Shown here piece by piece: positions 28,267 to 42,820 of a stretch of 64,000 nucleotides of DNA. This DNA is from the human T2T-CHM13v2.0 reference genome, Homo sapiens. Numbering within the stretch: the stretch's first letter is position 1; each line of letters starts with the position of its first letter. The stretch lies in assembly GCF_009914755.1 (NCBI RefSeq), contig NC_060935.1; one strand, 5' to 3'. The notes beneath the pieces were generated by a model. It did no database searches. It was not told the DNA's origin and saw only the letters and a list, made by a program, of their open reading frames with translations. A program made the translations under genes and the position numbers.

Positions 28267-29339
28267 GTGTGAGCTAGTGCCAGAGCAAGAATTGTCCAGA
28301 TATCTAGTGGCCAAAGCTATGCTCTTTATCACAGTGGCATTCAGTATTCCAAGAATTTTTAAAACCATGTAACTCTTTGATGACAAATGTACTATTCAAT
28401 ATGATTTCTCTCCACTACTCCACAAATGTATGTTTTGTCTCCTATTCTATAAAGTTATTGAGAAGGATGCCTCAAAATACTCAGAAATACTTCCAATTTC
28501 TCAGTTATCACGTTTTCCTTAATATGAATATATTATAGTTGTCCTAATATACGTAACATTGAGAGTCTGTGTTTTAATACTCAACTCTAACATTTTAATT
28601 ACATACCTTTAGTATGTCAATTCATCTTCACCATGTGCAATGTTTAATATACTAAATTAAGAATGTTTGGCCCACACATGGGACCTGCTTGCTCAGCCTG
28701 TGCCAGCAGTAGACATCACTATATGATAATAGTTTTCTTTCTTGCTGAGAAACCTACTTTGAATCTTTCTCAGCACAGTCAACAACTTCCAAACGATTAT
28801 TTAGCACAGGGAAGAGGCCCATATTTATCTTCTGAAGGAGAAAAATATAGGAGCACAAAAAAAAACTCTGTGAGACTCTAAGAACACAAGCCTGAATGCC
28901 CCAACACATGGAATGCCATTTTTAAAGAACTCTCATCAGAAGTGAGTCACTTTTAGAACAGGCAAGAGAAAATAAATACATGTTGAAACAAAATACCTCT
29001 TTGCTCTAGGGAACAAATCTACCCTTAGTTAAATCGAGAATATATAACATGGGGTAGGTAGTTTTAAATTGTTACAAAATGGATATAATTTCACAATGAA
29101 AAACACTTATAAAAAGCCGTTCCATGGAGAGTTTAACATTCTCTTAGGGATGAACAGGGATTTATTCTGCAGGAAACCTGTGAGAAGAATTTTGAGCCAA
29201 GAAGTGATTCTCCTCCCTTTCAGAAAAGAGAAAGAGATGTAAACAGAGATGAGAGGAGGGTAGGGGAGGGAGAGTATGGACCTCACTCAGAAAACAAAGA
29301 ATGATGTGAAGGGTCTATCCACTCTTCCTTATACCTGAC

Positions 29340-29945
29340 TTTACTAGATCATGCCCCTTGTTTAGAAATCATCCTGATTTATGAAACTTGCAGAATTAAA
29401 AAAAAAAAAAAAACTTACCACAAAACTTACAGAATAAAAAACAGACTTACTATGACCTACAAGAATCCACATAACCTACCCACAGCCTAGTCCTCTTATT
29501 TAATTCCTTGTCATTCTCTCACTTGTGTACTACCCTGCTCTACTTACAGTTCCTTGCAAATCCCAAGCTTTTTTCCTACCTTAGGACCAATACACATTAG
29601 TCTCTGCCTGGAAGGCTTACCCACCCCCACACCCACCCACTTCACGGCTAGCTCCTACCATTTTCTTTAGAAATCAGCTTTAAAAAAGACCTTCTCTGAA
29701 AAACTTTATTTAAAGTAGGTTCCTTCTGTTGCTCTCTAACTCTGTTCGTTGTCTTTTTTTCTTCCAATTTTATAGTTGCATCTATTTATCTATACTCCTA
29801 TTTATCTGCTCTTTGCTGGGTTCCTACACTGGGATGTGAATCCCATAAGAGCAACCACCGTCTCCATCTTGATCACTGTTTTGTCCCAGAGCCCACCACA
29901 GTGGCAAACACATAGTGAACTTTCTATATAATATTTGTGGAATAA
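29340..29945 (+). mobile_element. L2 3' fragment
   Basis: 'ctctgcctggaag', 'tcttgatcactg...cccagagccc...cacatagtga...atatttgtggaat'. Confidence 0.6.
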
Positions 29946-31294
29946 GATAAACTCTTGAGAAAGTTTTTATTTTTTTTTTCTAGCCTATAAATCTTTCCAA
30001 CTCCACCTCCAGGACCTGCAAGCCAAAAGCATGTGAAATTGTGTGGCGATTTAATTTGCAGGTAGTAATTGCCAAAGCTTACTGACCACCTACTTACTGT
30101 CTAAACAATTCTAACTGTGTGTGTGTCTGTAAGTAATTTGAAACCTCACAAAATCCCAGTGGGATACACAATTATCCCCATTTACGGATGAAAATGAAAT
30201 TCTGACATATTTAGTTTTGATATGGAGAAAATTGTATCAAAAGGGTAAGTTTTGAAAATGTGAAGATATACAATTTGAGTATCTTTCTCAATGTAGCTAA
30301 GCAACCAAGATGACCTAGGTGTGCTCTCTGGGGGTTGTTTCTGAGAGGCAGCTATGGTAGTATGGAAAGAAAATGGGCAGAGTCAAGGACACTGGAATCA
30401 GACCCCCTCTTTTCCATTTATTATTTATACGACCATAGTAAATCTTTCACCTCTTACTTGGTCTTAGATTCTTTACATGTCAAACTGGAGTTGGAACTAG
30501 CTGCGTACTCTGGTGTTTTATGTAACTTAGAGATGTGCCACCAGGCCTAAGAAATAGCTTCATATAACATTTCTGGGTATGATGTTGATTGCCAGAACCT
30601 GTGCTTTGTGGTAACTGTTCCTAGATTGGCCACAACAGATCACAATATTGTGTTCTGAATGTACATAATTAAAAATTAATGCTAGCAGACAAAATCCCAG
30701 CTAGAAACTGCTAGCTGGGATTAAAGTGGTAGTTGGAGTTGAATAGAAAGATTTAGGGATATGTTTCCATCAACAGAAAACTGAGTGAAAATAATTGAAT
30801 TAAAATTCAATTTAAGTGCACAAGAGAGATGTATTTGTTTTGTGTCTCAATCCACCTTAATAAGAAGCAAAAATGTTACATTATCAAAAACAGTTAACAT
30901 ACTGAAAAATTTAGTGCTAGCATGATTTCATATTTAACAGCAAGTTATGGATATTTGGGGAAGAATATGAAAATAAAAGATTTCTTGCCTATAAAATGAA
31001 AAGTTGAAGCAGATAACATTGTAGATCTCCTCAAGACCTCTACAATTCTGATTCTGTATTTAATAAGTGCTTATTAAACATTCCCCACAGGCTTAATCCC
31101 TTCTCAGGTAGAGCAAGTCATACAGAATAAGAAAACATTATCCCTGCCCTCAATGTGAGTATTATCTAAGATTACTATAGATCAAATTGATGAAACAAAA
31201 TATATACTTCGCATGTAAGTTATAATTTCAATTTAGCCACTGTCTTACTCTATAAATCAAAGTAAAATATAAATTTAATTTTCACTTATTTATA

Positions 31295-31623
31295 GGGACA
31301 GGATCTTGCTCTGTTGCCCAGGCTGGAGTACAGTGGCAAAATCATGACTCATTGCAGCCTGAAGTCCTGAGCACAAGCGATCCTCCTGCCTTAGCCCGAG
31401 TAGCTGGGACTACAGGCATGTAGCTGGGAGTACATGTAGTCCCGAGTAGCTGGGACTACAGGTAATAAAAAATTACCATACCTGGCTAATTTTTTTATTT
31501 TTATTTTTTGTAGAGTGGGCCTTGCTATGTTTCTCAGTCTGGCCTCCAACTCCTAGCCTCAAGCAATCCTCTCTCCTTGGCCTCCCAAAGTGTTGGGATT
31601 ACAGATGTGAGTCACTGTACCCA
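31295..31623 (-). mobile_element. AluJ with internal micro-rearrangement
   Basis: 'acaggatcttgctctgttgcccaggctgg...ctcaagcaatcctc...'; duplicated cccgagtagctgggactacagg. Confidence 0.88.
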
Positions 31624-32356
31624 ATTTATTTTTTATAAATAAAAATATAAAAATAAAATGTTTTAGACAATGAAAAGTTTTATAATATTTCAGACATTAT
31701 AAATAGTAATATTGGGGTAAAAATTTAAAGGAATTGACTATTTTTATTATGTTGCTTAAGTTAATATAAACTTAGTGCATTTTAATAGAGATGAATTTTG
31801 AATGTAATTGGAAGGTTATGGTTTGCATGAAATGGAATTCTCTTGGAGCACAATGACAAAATAAAAAAGAAAGAACAAATAGCTTTGGTTTAGAAAAACG
31901 GGGAAAGGGATCCAAGTGTTAGTGGGATTAAAACTTCAAACATTGCCTAAACCCAAATGATCATCATTATAGTGGTGCTGACCAGTGATAAGTATCAAAT
32001 AGGAAAAAATTTAAAGATAAATTTCTCTCAAATATAAAATGTATGTAACATGAACAGCAATTACAGTAATTATAGGAAACAGATTACCCTCATAAATTTC
32101 TTTTTGTGTTCATACAATATAAAAGACTGTAGAATTTTACTTTCAGAAATAAGTTTTTGCTAATAGGCTGCCAATATAACCAAGATTTTGAAAAATAGTT
32201 GACGATGTCAAAGATAAATATTGAAATTTAAATTATCAGTTTCTCCATGTAAATATGCATATTTTAAAATTAAATCAAGTTCTTGATCAAATTAATTCAG
32301 CTAATTAGGATCTAACTTTTAAAATGAGGGAGAAAAAACAGAATCTATTATTATAA

Positions 32357-32739
<383 letters not shown>

Positions 32740-33899
32740 GGTATTTTAATTTTTATAAAATACATTTTACCCCCATGAAAATGTAAAATTTCAACAAAGT
32801 AGATGTGAAAAAATTATATGTATAATGAAAAGAAACAAAAGCATAGAAAATTATTCATGCATTCACTAATTCAAAAAATACTTCTTGAGCATCTCTGTGT
32901 TGGTCCTGTGTCCAGTGATAAGATACAAAGTGAATATAGCATAGATCTCAAAATCCTATGGAATTTATAATGAGGGTGGGGGGTAAGACAAATACACATA
33001 CAACTAAACATATAAAAAAAAGACAACGGTGTTGTATCCCACATTGATAATATGGACATTAAAGGCAATAGAACACCTAAGTTAGTGATCATTCTGGATG
33101 ACTGGAGATGGCTACCAAAGTAGGTAGCCAAAGTGATAAATATTAAAGAATGGGTGACTTTTCAGAAGTTTGGGGCAAAACAGAAATTTTATTATTTATT
33201 AGATGTCTGTATGAGAAACTGACACAAGCCACTTGAAAACTACATAAGGTCCAGGAGTTAGAAAACTTCGGTTACCACGATAAACATGTTATGCCTAATA
33301 TTACAGGCAAAGGTAGGCCACCATTGCAGTATACACGTGGCATAGAATTGTAGAATCATAAAACTGTTAGAGGTTGGTGGCAGCTGCAGGTGGCAGGGTA
33401 AGTGTTGAGAATAGCAGATGACACCATTGCTGCCTTCTTTGTCCATAGCAGAATTCCATAATCAACTACCATTCTTTCTGTTGATTCTACATGACTTCAA
33501 ATGCCATCTCAACACAGTATTTCAAGGAGCCACTGCCAATCTCACTGAGTTAAATGTGAAGTTTGAAACTTCGTCCAGTATTTCGTTGTTTTATTTTTGC
33601 TTACCCTTCCACATCTCACAGTCAACTGTTTGACCAGAACAAGTTATCAAATCAAGCTCTGTGCTAGGCAACAGTGGAAAAGAAAATAGACCCAAATTTA
33701 ATCAATACTGTGTTTAGGAATGTTAGAAGGGAAGATAGCAGTTTATAATCTCTGACACAGTGTCAGCTTTGGGAGGAAATAGTCTATGCTCTTTTATACC
33801 ACTGTCAATTTTTGGAGTAAATCGTGTCTGAAGTAACTTGATGGCAGTGGGCCTGGAAAGGGAAGCAGAAAAGAGATTGAATACAGGGCTTAATTCAAA

Positions 33900-34275
33900 T
33901 CACTTACTGCATTCCTAGTATTCACTTCCAGTACTCTATAATCCAGACATCTGAAAATGTTCCCTGAAAATATCATGCTTCTTTATACTTTTATATGGGT
34001 TATTCCCTTCATCTGAACCTCTCTTGCCTTCTTCACTCCTTGGTGGACTGCCTGCCCAAATCACAGGTCACCTTCTCCATGATGCTTTATCCAATCGTCA
34101 CTCCTTACTGTTTCCATGATGTTTTATACCTCTATTTTAGCCCTTATCACCTATGTTTATTGTCTTCTTGTTCCTAAGGTCTCTACTGGTTTTCTTCCTC
34201 TTCACATTACCAATGATCAGCAGTGTGCCTGCCACCCAGTGGGTTATTCAACAGCATGACTGGAATGAATAAGTA
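33900..34275 (+). mobile_element. L2 3' fragment
   Basis: Ends in 'cagtgtgcctgccacccagtggg...gaatgaataa'. Confidence 0.5.
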
Positions 34276-35249
34276 AATGCTTAAATTGAACTTCAAAATA
34301 TATGATATGGATTTTTACAGGTTTATCATATTTCCTAATGCTCATATTATGAGCTTAGACATGAGTTTAAAAACATCCCTTTGTAGGGCTTCTAAAGCAC
34401 TGTATTTACCTTGAGAAATTCAGGTCAAAATGACAGATTTCCTATGACTATTTCATAAAACAAGTAATCCCGAAAGTTGACATATGAATTTCTATATCAG
34501 GAAAAATAAATGTTTAGCTTGGCACTTCAGTGGCCTCTTTGAGACATGAGTTTCAAATCCACACATCTTTTAAATAATTCTGTTCTTGTAGCTGTTTATT
34601 AGTTTAGAGACTATTTGCATTTTCTGTCTTTTTGGCCCTATCGCCCCAGAGTCATGTTTAATAATGGGATGACCAGAGACACGGTTGTAGACTATTGTAT
34701 CTGTTCTCATGAGATATCACTGTCTTGGCCTGTACACATACAGGATGGCAGTACGAGTGAAAACTTCAGGACTACAATAAAAGCTTTATAGGAAACCTCA
34801 AGTTCAACTTCAAACAATTTCAACATAATCAGCCTTTGGCTTAGTGAGAACCTACTTTGTTCCTATTGTTGAATTTTAACACTCAAAAACCCTGTGGGAA
34901 GGTTTTAGCTTTGCTTCTATTTTAAAGATGAAAAAATTGATATTCAGGGTGCTCAGCCCCTTACCAAATCAGGAAATGGTTGAACCCAGATCTGAACTCA
35001 GTATCACAAGAACTTACCAGCCAGCAGTCACTACTATTATCTAGGAATTCTTAATTACAACATCACTAACTTTGCTGTTATTACCAGTTTCAAGGTTCCT
35101 TTGCTCATTGGGCTCCCATGTACTCAATCAATCAACAAATGGTAATAATTATAATTCTAGGGAAAAATCAAAGAAAAGACTCTTTCCTAATTCCCAACAG
35201 GAAAAAGATGAAAGTACTACTAAACGTGAAAGGGGACTCAAGCAAATTG

Positions 35250-35620
35250 AACAATATGCAAATACGATTTTTGGTTTTCAAATAGGCCAAAATTTAAAAG
35301 ATTGATAACTGGTGTTAGTGAAGTTCTGATGGAAATACACTGTTACACATTTTCTGATGTGAATAAAAAATTGTACCAACATTTTTAGAGGACAATTTGA
35401 CAGTACCCATTAAACTTTAAATGGGATACTCTTTGACTTATCCATTCCAGTTTTTAGAAACTTTCCTACAAAAATATTTGCATACATACATACTCAAGGG
35501 CTTACTTTCAAGGATGTTTGCTGGAGCAGTATTTATAATAATGAGAAACAGGAAGACAACCCAAACATGCATCAGAAGACTAATGAAATGTTATGAAATA
35601 TTATGGAGCTGTTAACTCAA
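35250..35620 (+). mobile_element. Ancient L1M 3' fragment
   Basis: 'ttggttttcaaataggccaaaat...gacaatttgacagta...aaggatgtttgctggagcagtatttataat'. Confidence 0.55.
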
Positions 35621-35879
35621 CAAGTGTAATAGCTCTTCATATTCCTAATATAAGTAATAGTAATATTAGAAATATCAGTATAGAGTAGCTACCATTGTCA
35701 TTATGGTCTTCTAATGGCCTGAAATGCTTTTAAACATTGTAAGATTTGGGGATATTTGCCTATTTATTAAAACCTTCTTTCCTTTGCTTCATAGTAATAT
35801 GGATCTCTTTAATTCAACAGATTTTGCCCCTATATTCAAGAATAAAACCTTGGCTTTCAGCAAAGAATATCTGGATTAA

Positions 35880-36810
35880 GAAAACAAATACCCTATTTTC
35901 AGTTTCAACATTATAAATTGATGTCTAATACTTATAAATAGATTCCAAAATAGATTCACCATCTTCCTTCTCAAATGGTTTTCCCCTTCTTTCTCTTACC
36001 ATCAATGGCGTGCACATGCTCCCAATGATCCAGACTTGAATCCAGAATAATTGACTCTCATTTGTCACTAAATCACATGCGAAATCTTGTCCATTCTATG
36101 ACCCAGTATCCCCCTCATTTAACCTACCACTTCTCCATTCCTATCACTACTTTATTTCAGAATTTCAATGCTTTTTGCCTGGACAATTGCAATAGCTTTT
36201 CCCCATTCTCCTCAACTCTGAACACCTCCCCCACTGATTTTTATCTCACTGCTCCATTTCTTTTTGAAGAACAAAGGTAAAATGCCTCTCTCCTGCTCAT
36301 TAACATGTCCCTGACCCCTGCCAACAAATTTATCTTGCAAAAATAATTAAAACTCCTAACCTGTCATCTAAGACCCTCCTGCCCCCCAAGTTCAGGCTCT
36401 AAACTAACATGCTAGTCTATACCCTTTTCTATAACTATTTTCTAGACAAAGAAAAGAATCAATATTCCCCAAACTTAAGCATGATTCTGCACCTCTGGAA
36501 ATCTGTTTATAATTCCATCAGCCTGGAAGTGTTCTCCACATCCATAAATCCAAAACCTCCCTGTCATTCATAGTCTGGCCTAGGACCACCCTCATCTCCA
36601 TAGTCAGAGGCAAAGTCTTACTCTAATCTCCAAGAAGAATTCTCTGAACTTTTTTCAACAAATATTACCTGGTATCTTGCTGCAATTATTTAAATATCTT
36701 ATCAACTATACCAGAATACAGAATGAAGGCAAGCCCATGGATGTTTCATTTTTGTATCCCCTATACTATCTAAATCAGTGCGTTGAACATAGTAGGTACT
36801 CAACAAAGGA
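35880..36810 (+). mobile_element. L2 fragment
   Basis: 'ctggacaattgcaatagc' and terminal 'tgtatcccc...gaacatagtaggtactcaacaaa'. Confidence 0.6.
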
Positions 36811-37273
36811 TTTTCCGCTTGGATTTTTGCTTTAAATTAAAATTACTAGTTACAGGATGATCCCCTCAATATTATCTTCTTTTCTTTATCATTTCAGTGG
36901 CATTAACATCATTTTTAACTGAAACTCTTTTGACATAGCAAATCTGATATGCAATATGTGATATATTTTCATTCCATACAGATCTGCCTTCACTCAGGGC
37001 TCACCCTAGTGCCTTAACATATATCCTGCCAAACAACACAACATGTGGTCAAGCTTTATTTTCTGTAGCTTGTACTATGAGACAACAGGCTAGTCTGATT
37101 TTCTAATTATGAAAGTATTGCTCTGAATACTTTCTAAATGTTCCTTTTGTCCAAAAAAAATTACTATAACCAGTATTTACATACAAATATTGACCACTAT
37201 TGACTCCTGCCTTGGCCTCAGATATAACATGGGCTTACATGTTCTCATTTAAAGTACTTATAGAAATATGCTC

Positions 37274-37714
37274 TTTCACTCCTGTCGGTGTGAAGAGACT
37301 ACCAAACAGGCTTTGTGTGAGCAACAAGGCTGTTTATTTCACCTGGGTGTAGGTGGGCTGAGTCCAAAAAGAGTGAAAGGAGATAGGGGTGGGGACATTT
37401 ATTTGGGTAGGTAAAGGAAAATTACAGTCAAAGGGGGGTTGTTCTCTGGTGGGCAGGGGTGGGGGTCACAAGATGCTCAGCAGGGGAGCTTTTGAGCCAG
37501 GATGAGCCAGGAGAAGGAATTTCACAAAGTAATGTCATCAATTAAGGCAGGAACAGGCCATTTTCACTTCTTTTGTGGTAGAATGTCATCAGTTAAGGCA
37601 GGAACAGGCCATTTTCATTTCTTTTATGATTCTTCACTTGCTTCAGGCCATCTGGGCATATACGTGCAGGTCACAGGGGATATGATGGCTTAGCTTGGGC
37701 TCAGAGGCCTGACA
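37274..37714 (-). mobile_element. Complete LTR7-family LTR (HERV-H)
   Basis: Reverse complement reads TGTCAGGCCTCTGAGCCCAAGCTAAGCCATCATATCCCCTGTGACCTGCAC...GAGTGAAA. Two ~51-bp U3 repeats (37531, 37582). Left flank TGCTC. Confidence 0.96.
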
Positions 37715-37717
37715 TTA

Positions 37718-37892
37718 AGAACAACCCCCCTTTGACTGTAATTTTCCTTTGCCTACCCAAATAAACGGCCCCACCCCATCTCCCTTCGCTGACTCTTTTC
37801 AGACTCAGCCCACCTGCACCTAGGTGAAATAAACAGCCTTGTTGCTCACACAAAGCCTGTTTGGTGGTCTCTTCACACCGACACGAGTGAAA
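37718..37892 (+). mobile_element. LTR7 3' half (end of U3, R, U5), opposite orientation to the adjacent LTR
   Basis: agaacaacccccctttgactg...cacaccgacacgagtgaaa, an inverted copy of 37274-37445. Confidence 0.95.
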
Positions 37893-37894
37893 TT

Positions 37895-37912
37895 TGGTGC
37901 CGCGACTCGGAT
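37895..37912 (+). other. Primer-binding site for tRNA-His
   Basis: TGGTGCCGCGACTCGGAT, 17/18 match to TGGTGCCGTGACTCGGAT, directly after U5. Confidence 0.93.
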
Positions 37913-38426
37913 TGCGGGACCTCCCTCGGGAGATCAATCCCCTGTCCTCCTGCTCTTTGCTCCATGAGAAAAATCCATCTATGACTTCAGGTCCTCAGAC
38001 CAACCAGCCCAAGGAACATCTCACCAATTTTAAATCGGGTAAGTGGCCTCTCTCTACTCTCTTCTCCAACCTCTCTCACTATCCCTCAACCTCTCTCCTT
38101 TCAATCTTGGTGCCATCTTTCAATCTTTCCCTTCTCTTAATTTCAGTTCCTTCCCTTTTCTGGTAGAGACAGGAGATGTGTTTTATCCGTGGACCCAAAA
38201 CTCCAGCACCAGTCACAGACTCGGGAAGACAGTCTTCCCTTGGTGTTTAATCACATGGGGATGCCTGCCTGATTATTCACCCACATTTCAGAGGTGTCTG
38301 ACCACACAGGGACGCCTGCCTTGGTCCTTCACCCTTAGCGGCAAGCATTGCTTTTCTGGGGGGCAAGCACCCCCCACCCCTTCTCTCCATGTTTCTACCC
38401 TTCTCTTTAAACTTGCCTCCTTCACT

Positions 38427-39940
<1,514 letters not shown>

Positions 39941-40029
39941 CCTTCCCAGATCTTCTCAGCTTAACCGCTGAAGACCGACACTGCCCGACAGCCTCAGAAG
40001 CCCCCTAAACCATCATGGACACCGAGCTT

Positions 40030-41411
40030 CGGGTAACTCTCACAGTGGAGGGTAAGTCCATCCCCTTCTTAATACGGAGGCTACCCACTCCACATTACCT
40101 TCTTTTCAAGGGCCTGTTTCCTTTGCCTCCATAACTGTTATAGGTATTGATGGCCAGGCTTCTAAACCTCTTAAACTCCCCAACTGTGGTGCCAACTTGG
40201 ACAATACTCTTCTAAGCACTCCTTTTTAGTTATCCCCACCTGCCCAGTTCCATTAGGTCGAGACATTTTAACTAAATTATCTGCTTCCCTGACTATTCCT
40301 GGGCTACAGCCACACCTCATTGCTGCCTTTTCCCCCAGTTCAAAGCCTCCTTCACATCCTCCCCTTGTACCTCCCCACCTTAAACCACAAGTATAGGACA
40401 CCTCTACTCCCTCCTTGGCGACCGATCATGCACCACTTACCATCCCATTAAAACACAATCACCCTTACCCCGCTCAACGCCAGTATCCCATCCCACAGCA
40501 TGCTTTAAAAGGATTAAAGCCTGTAGTCACTTGCCTGCTACAGCATGGCCTTTTAAAGCCTATAAACTCCCTTTACAATTCCCCCATTTTATCTGTACAA
40601 AAACCGGACAAGCCTTACAGGTTAGTTCAAGATCTGCTCCTTATCAACCAAATTGTTTTTGCCTGTCTACCCCATGGTGCCAAACCCTTATACTCTCCTA
40701 TCCTCAATACCTCCCTCCACAACCCATTATTCTGTTCTGGATCTCAAACATGCTTTCTTTACTATTCCTTTGCACCCTTCATCCCAGCCTCTTCACTTTC
40801 ACTTAGACTGACCCTGACACCCATCAGGCTCAGCAAATTACCTGGGCTGTACCGCCTCAAGGCTTCAGACAGCCCCCATTACTTCAGTCAAGCCCAAATT
40901 TCTTCCTCATCCATTACCTATCTCAGCATAATTCTCATAAAAACACACATGCTCTCCCTGCTGATTGTGTCCGGCTAATCTCCCAAATCCCAATCCCTTC
41001 TACAAAACAACCCCTTTCCTTCCTAGGCATGGTTAGTGTGGTCAGAATTCTTACACAAGAGCCAGGAACCCACCCTGTAGCTTTCTGTCCAAACAACTAG
41101 ACCTTACTGTTTTAGCCTAGCCCTCATGTCTGCGTGCAGCAGCTGCCGCTGCCTTAATACTTTTAGAGGCCCTCAAAATCACAAACTATGCTCAACTCAC
41201 TGCCTACAGTTCTCACAACTTCCAAAATCTGTTTTCTTCCTCACGCTTGACACATATACTTTCTGCTCCCAGGCTCCTTCAGCTATACTCACTCTTTGTT
41301 GAGTCTCCCACAATTACCACTGGTACTGGCCCAGACTTCAATCTGGCCTCCCACATTATTCCTGATACCACACCTGACCCCCACAACTGTATCCCTCTGA
41401 TTCACCTGACA
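40030..41411 (+). pseudogene. pol: HERV-H pro-pol remnant
   Basis: Degenerate protease motif (NTEATHS). RT N-terminus QYPIPQHALKGLKP...[19 protein letters not shown]. Frameshifted and internally deleted. Confidence 0.88.
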
Positions 41412-42214
41412 TGCTCTCACCCTATTCATGTGGCCTGATACGCACTTCTGGCTTTTATTTCTCTTTCATAACAATGTGACAGCAGCAGATTTTAACTAAT
41501 CACACTAATGACTAGAGACCCTTTGTGGAGTTTATGAATTAGTGATAAAGTGGAACAAATCTGCAAAGTAAAGGAAAATGCCTCATCAAACTTATTCATT
41601 TATTTTGACAAGAGCAATTTTGGTTTAATTACTTATGATGGCATTTCAGTAAATGTGCTGTAGCATGTTTTCTCAAATTAATTAAGCCCCCTTTTCCCAC
41701 TAACACACTGTGCTTATAGAAAAAGGAAAAAAAAAACACATATTTCATTGAGACATTCACTGGTTTCTGGATTCCTTTGGGAAAATATATAAAAATTTTT
41801 CAAAATTGTTTCCTTTTGAATATATATTCCATAAACTCATCTGGAGAGAAAATTAGGTATTTATTGTAGAAGATAAATTTGGATATAAATTGAATTTGGA
41901 GCTAAATTTGCTTTTCTATTTGTAAAGTACATTGAAATATGTCCTAAGAGGAAAGCTTCAACTAAGCTGTTTTTACTACTTTCCACCAGAGAATCAGAAG
42001 CTGAAATAAAAAATGAAAAAAACCCTCTATTTACCAATTCATAGACTTTCTGGATTAAAACTAATTTTTGCCTAATATATTAATAGAAGCAATATTTTGT
42101 ATTTTACACCTCCACAAATCATGTTATGAAATAACTCAATCCCACCACAGTGAAAATGAAGTCCTTTGGTTCTGTGATGAAAATTTTAATTTTTGGCTCA
42201 CTCTGAATATGTTG

Positions 42215-42820
42215 GAGGATGTATAGCATATTGTTTTGGGTCAAGGACCCTGGAGGCAGACAAATTCGCTTCATACTCCAGTTCCACCGATTTCTCACCC
42301 ATGTGACTTTGGATGGTGATATGGTTTGGCTGTGTCCGCACCCAAATCTCATCTTGAATTCCCATGTGTTGTGGGAGGGACCCAGTGGGAGATAATTGAA
42401 TCATGGGTTGGGTCTTTCCCATGCTTTTCTCATGATAGTGAATAAGTCTCACAAGATCTTATGGCTTTATAAGACGGAGTTTCCCTGCACAAGCTCTCTT
42501 TGCCTGCCACATCCATGTAAGACATGACTTCCTCTTCCTTGCTTTCTGCCATGATTGTGAGGCCTCCCCAGCCATGTGGAACTGTAAGTCCATTAAATCT
42601 CTTTTCTTCCCAGGCTTGGGTATGTCTATCAGCAGTGTGAAAATGGACTAATACAGTTGGGTTCTTTATAATTACTGAACTTCAGTTTATAATCTTTTAA
42701 AAATGTAAATACTAATAATATAGTCCACATTATATTGTTGTGAGAATGAAATGATGTAATGCATGCAAAGGGTTTTATACTGTTCTGGCACATAACAAGC
42801 ACGAATAAATGTTAACTATT
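42215..42820 (+). mobile_element. MIR split by a THE1 LTR
   Basis: 'atgtgactttggatgg' left of the LTR; 'gttgtgagaatgaaatga...ctggcacataacaagcacgaataaatgtta' right of it. Confidence 0.7.
42317..42655 (+). mobile_element. THE1 (THE1C-like) solo LTR
   Basis: tgatatggtttggctgtgtcc...ggactaataca; TSD gatgg/gttgg. Confidence 0.92.

Noticed and set aside
40415-40978. 187-aa RT-like ORF as a functional polymerase
   Set aside because: Only the RT N-terminus is in frame. It shifts frame soon after VQDL and has no YxDD motif.
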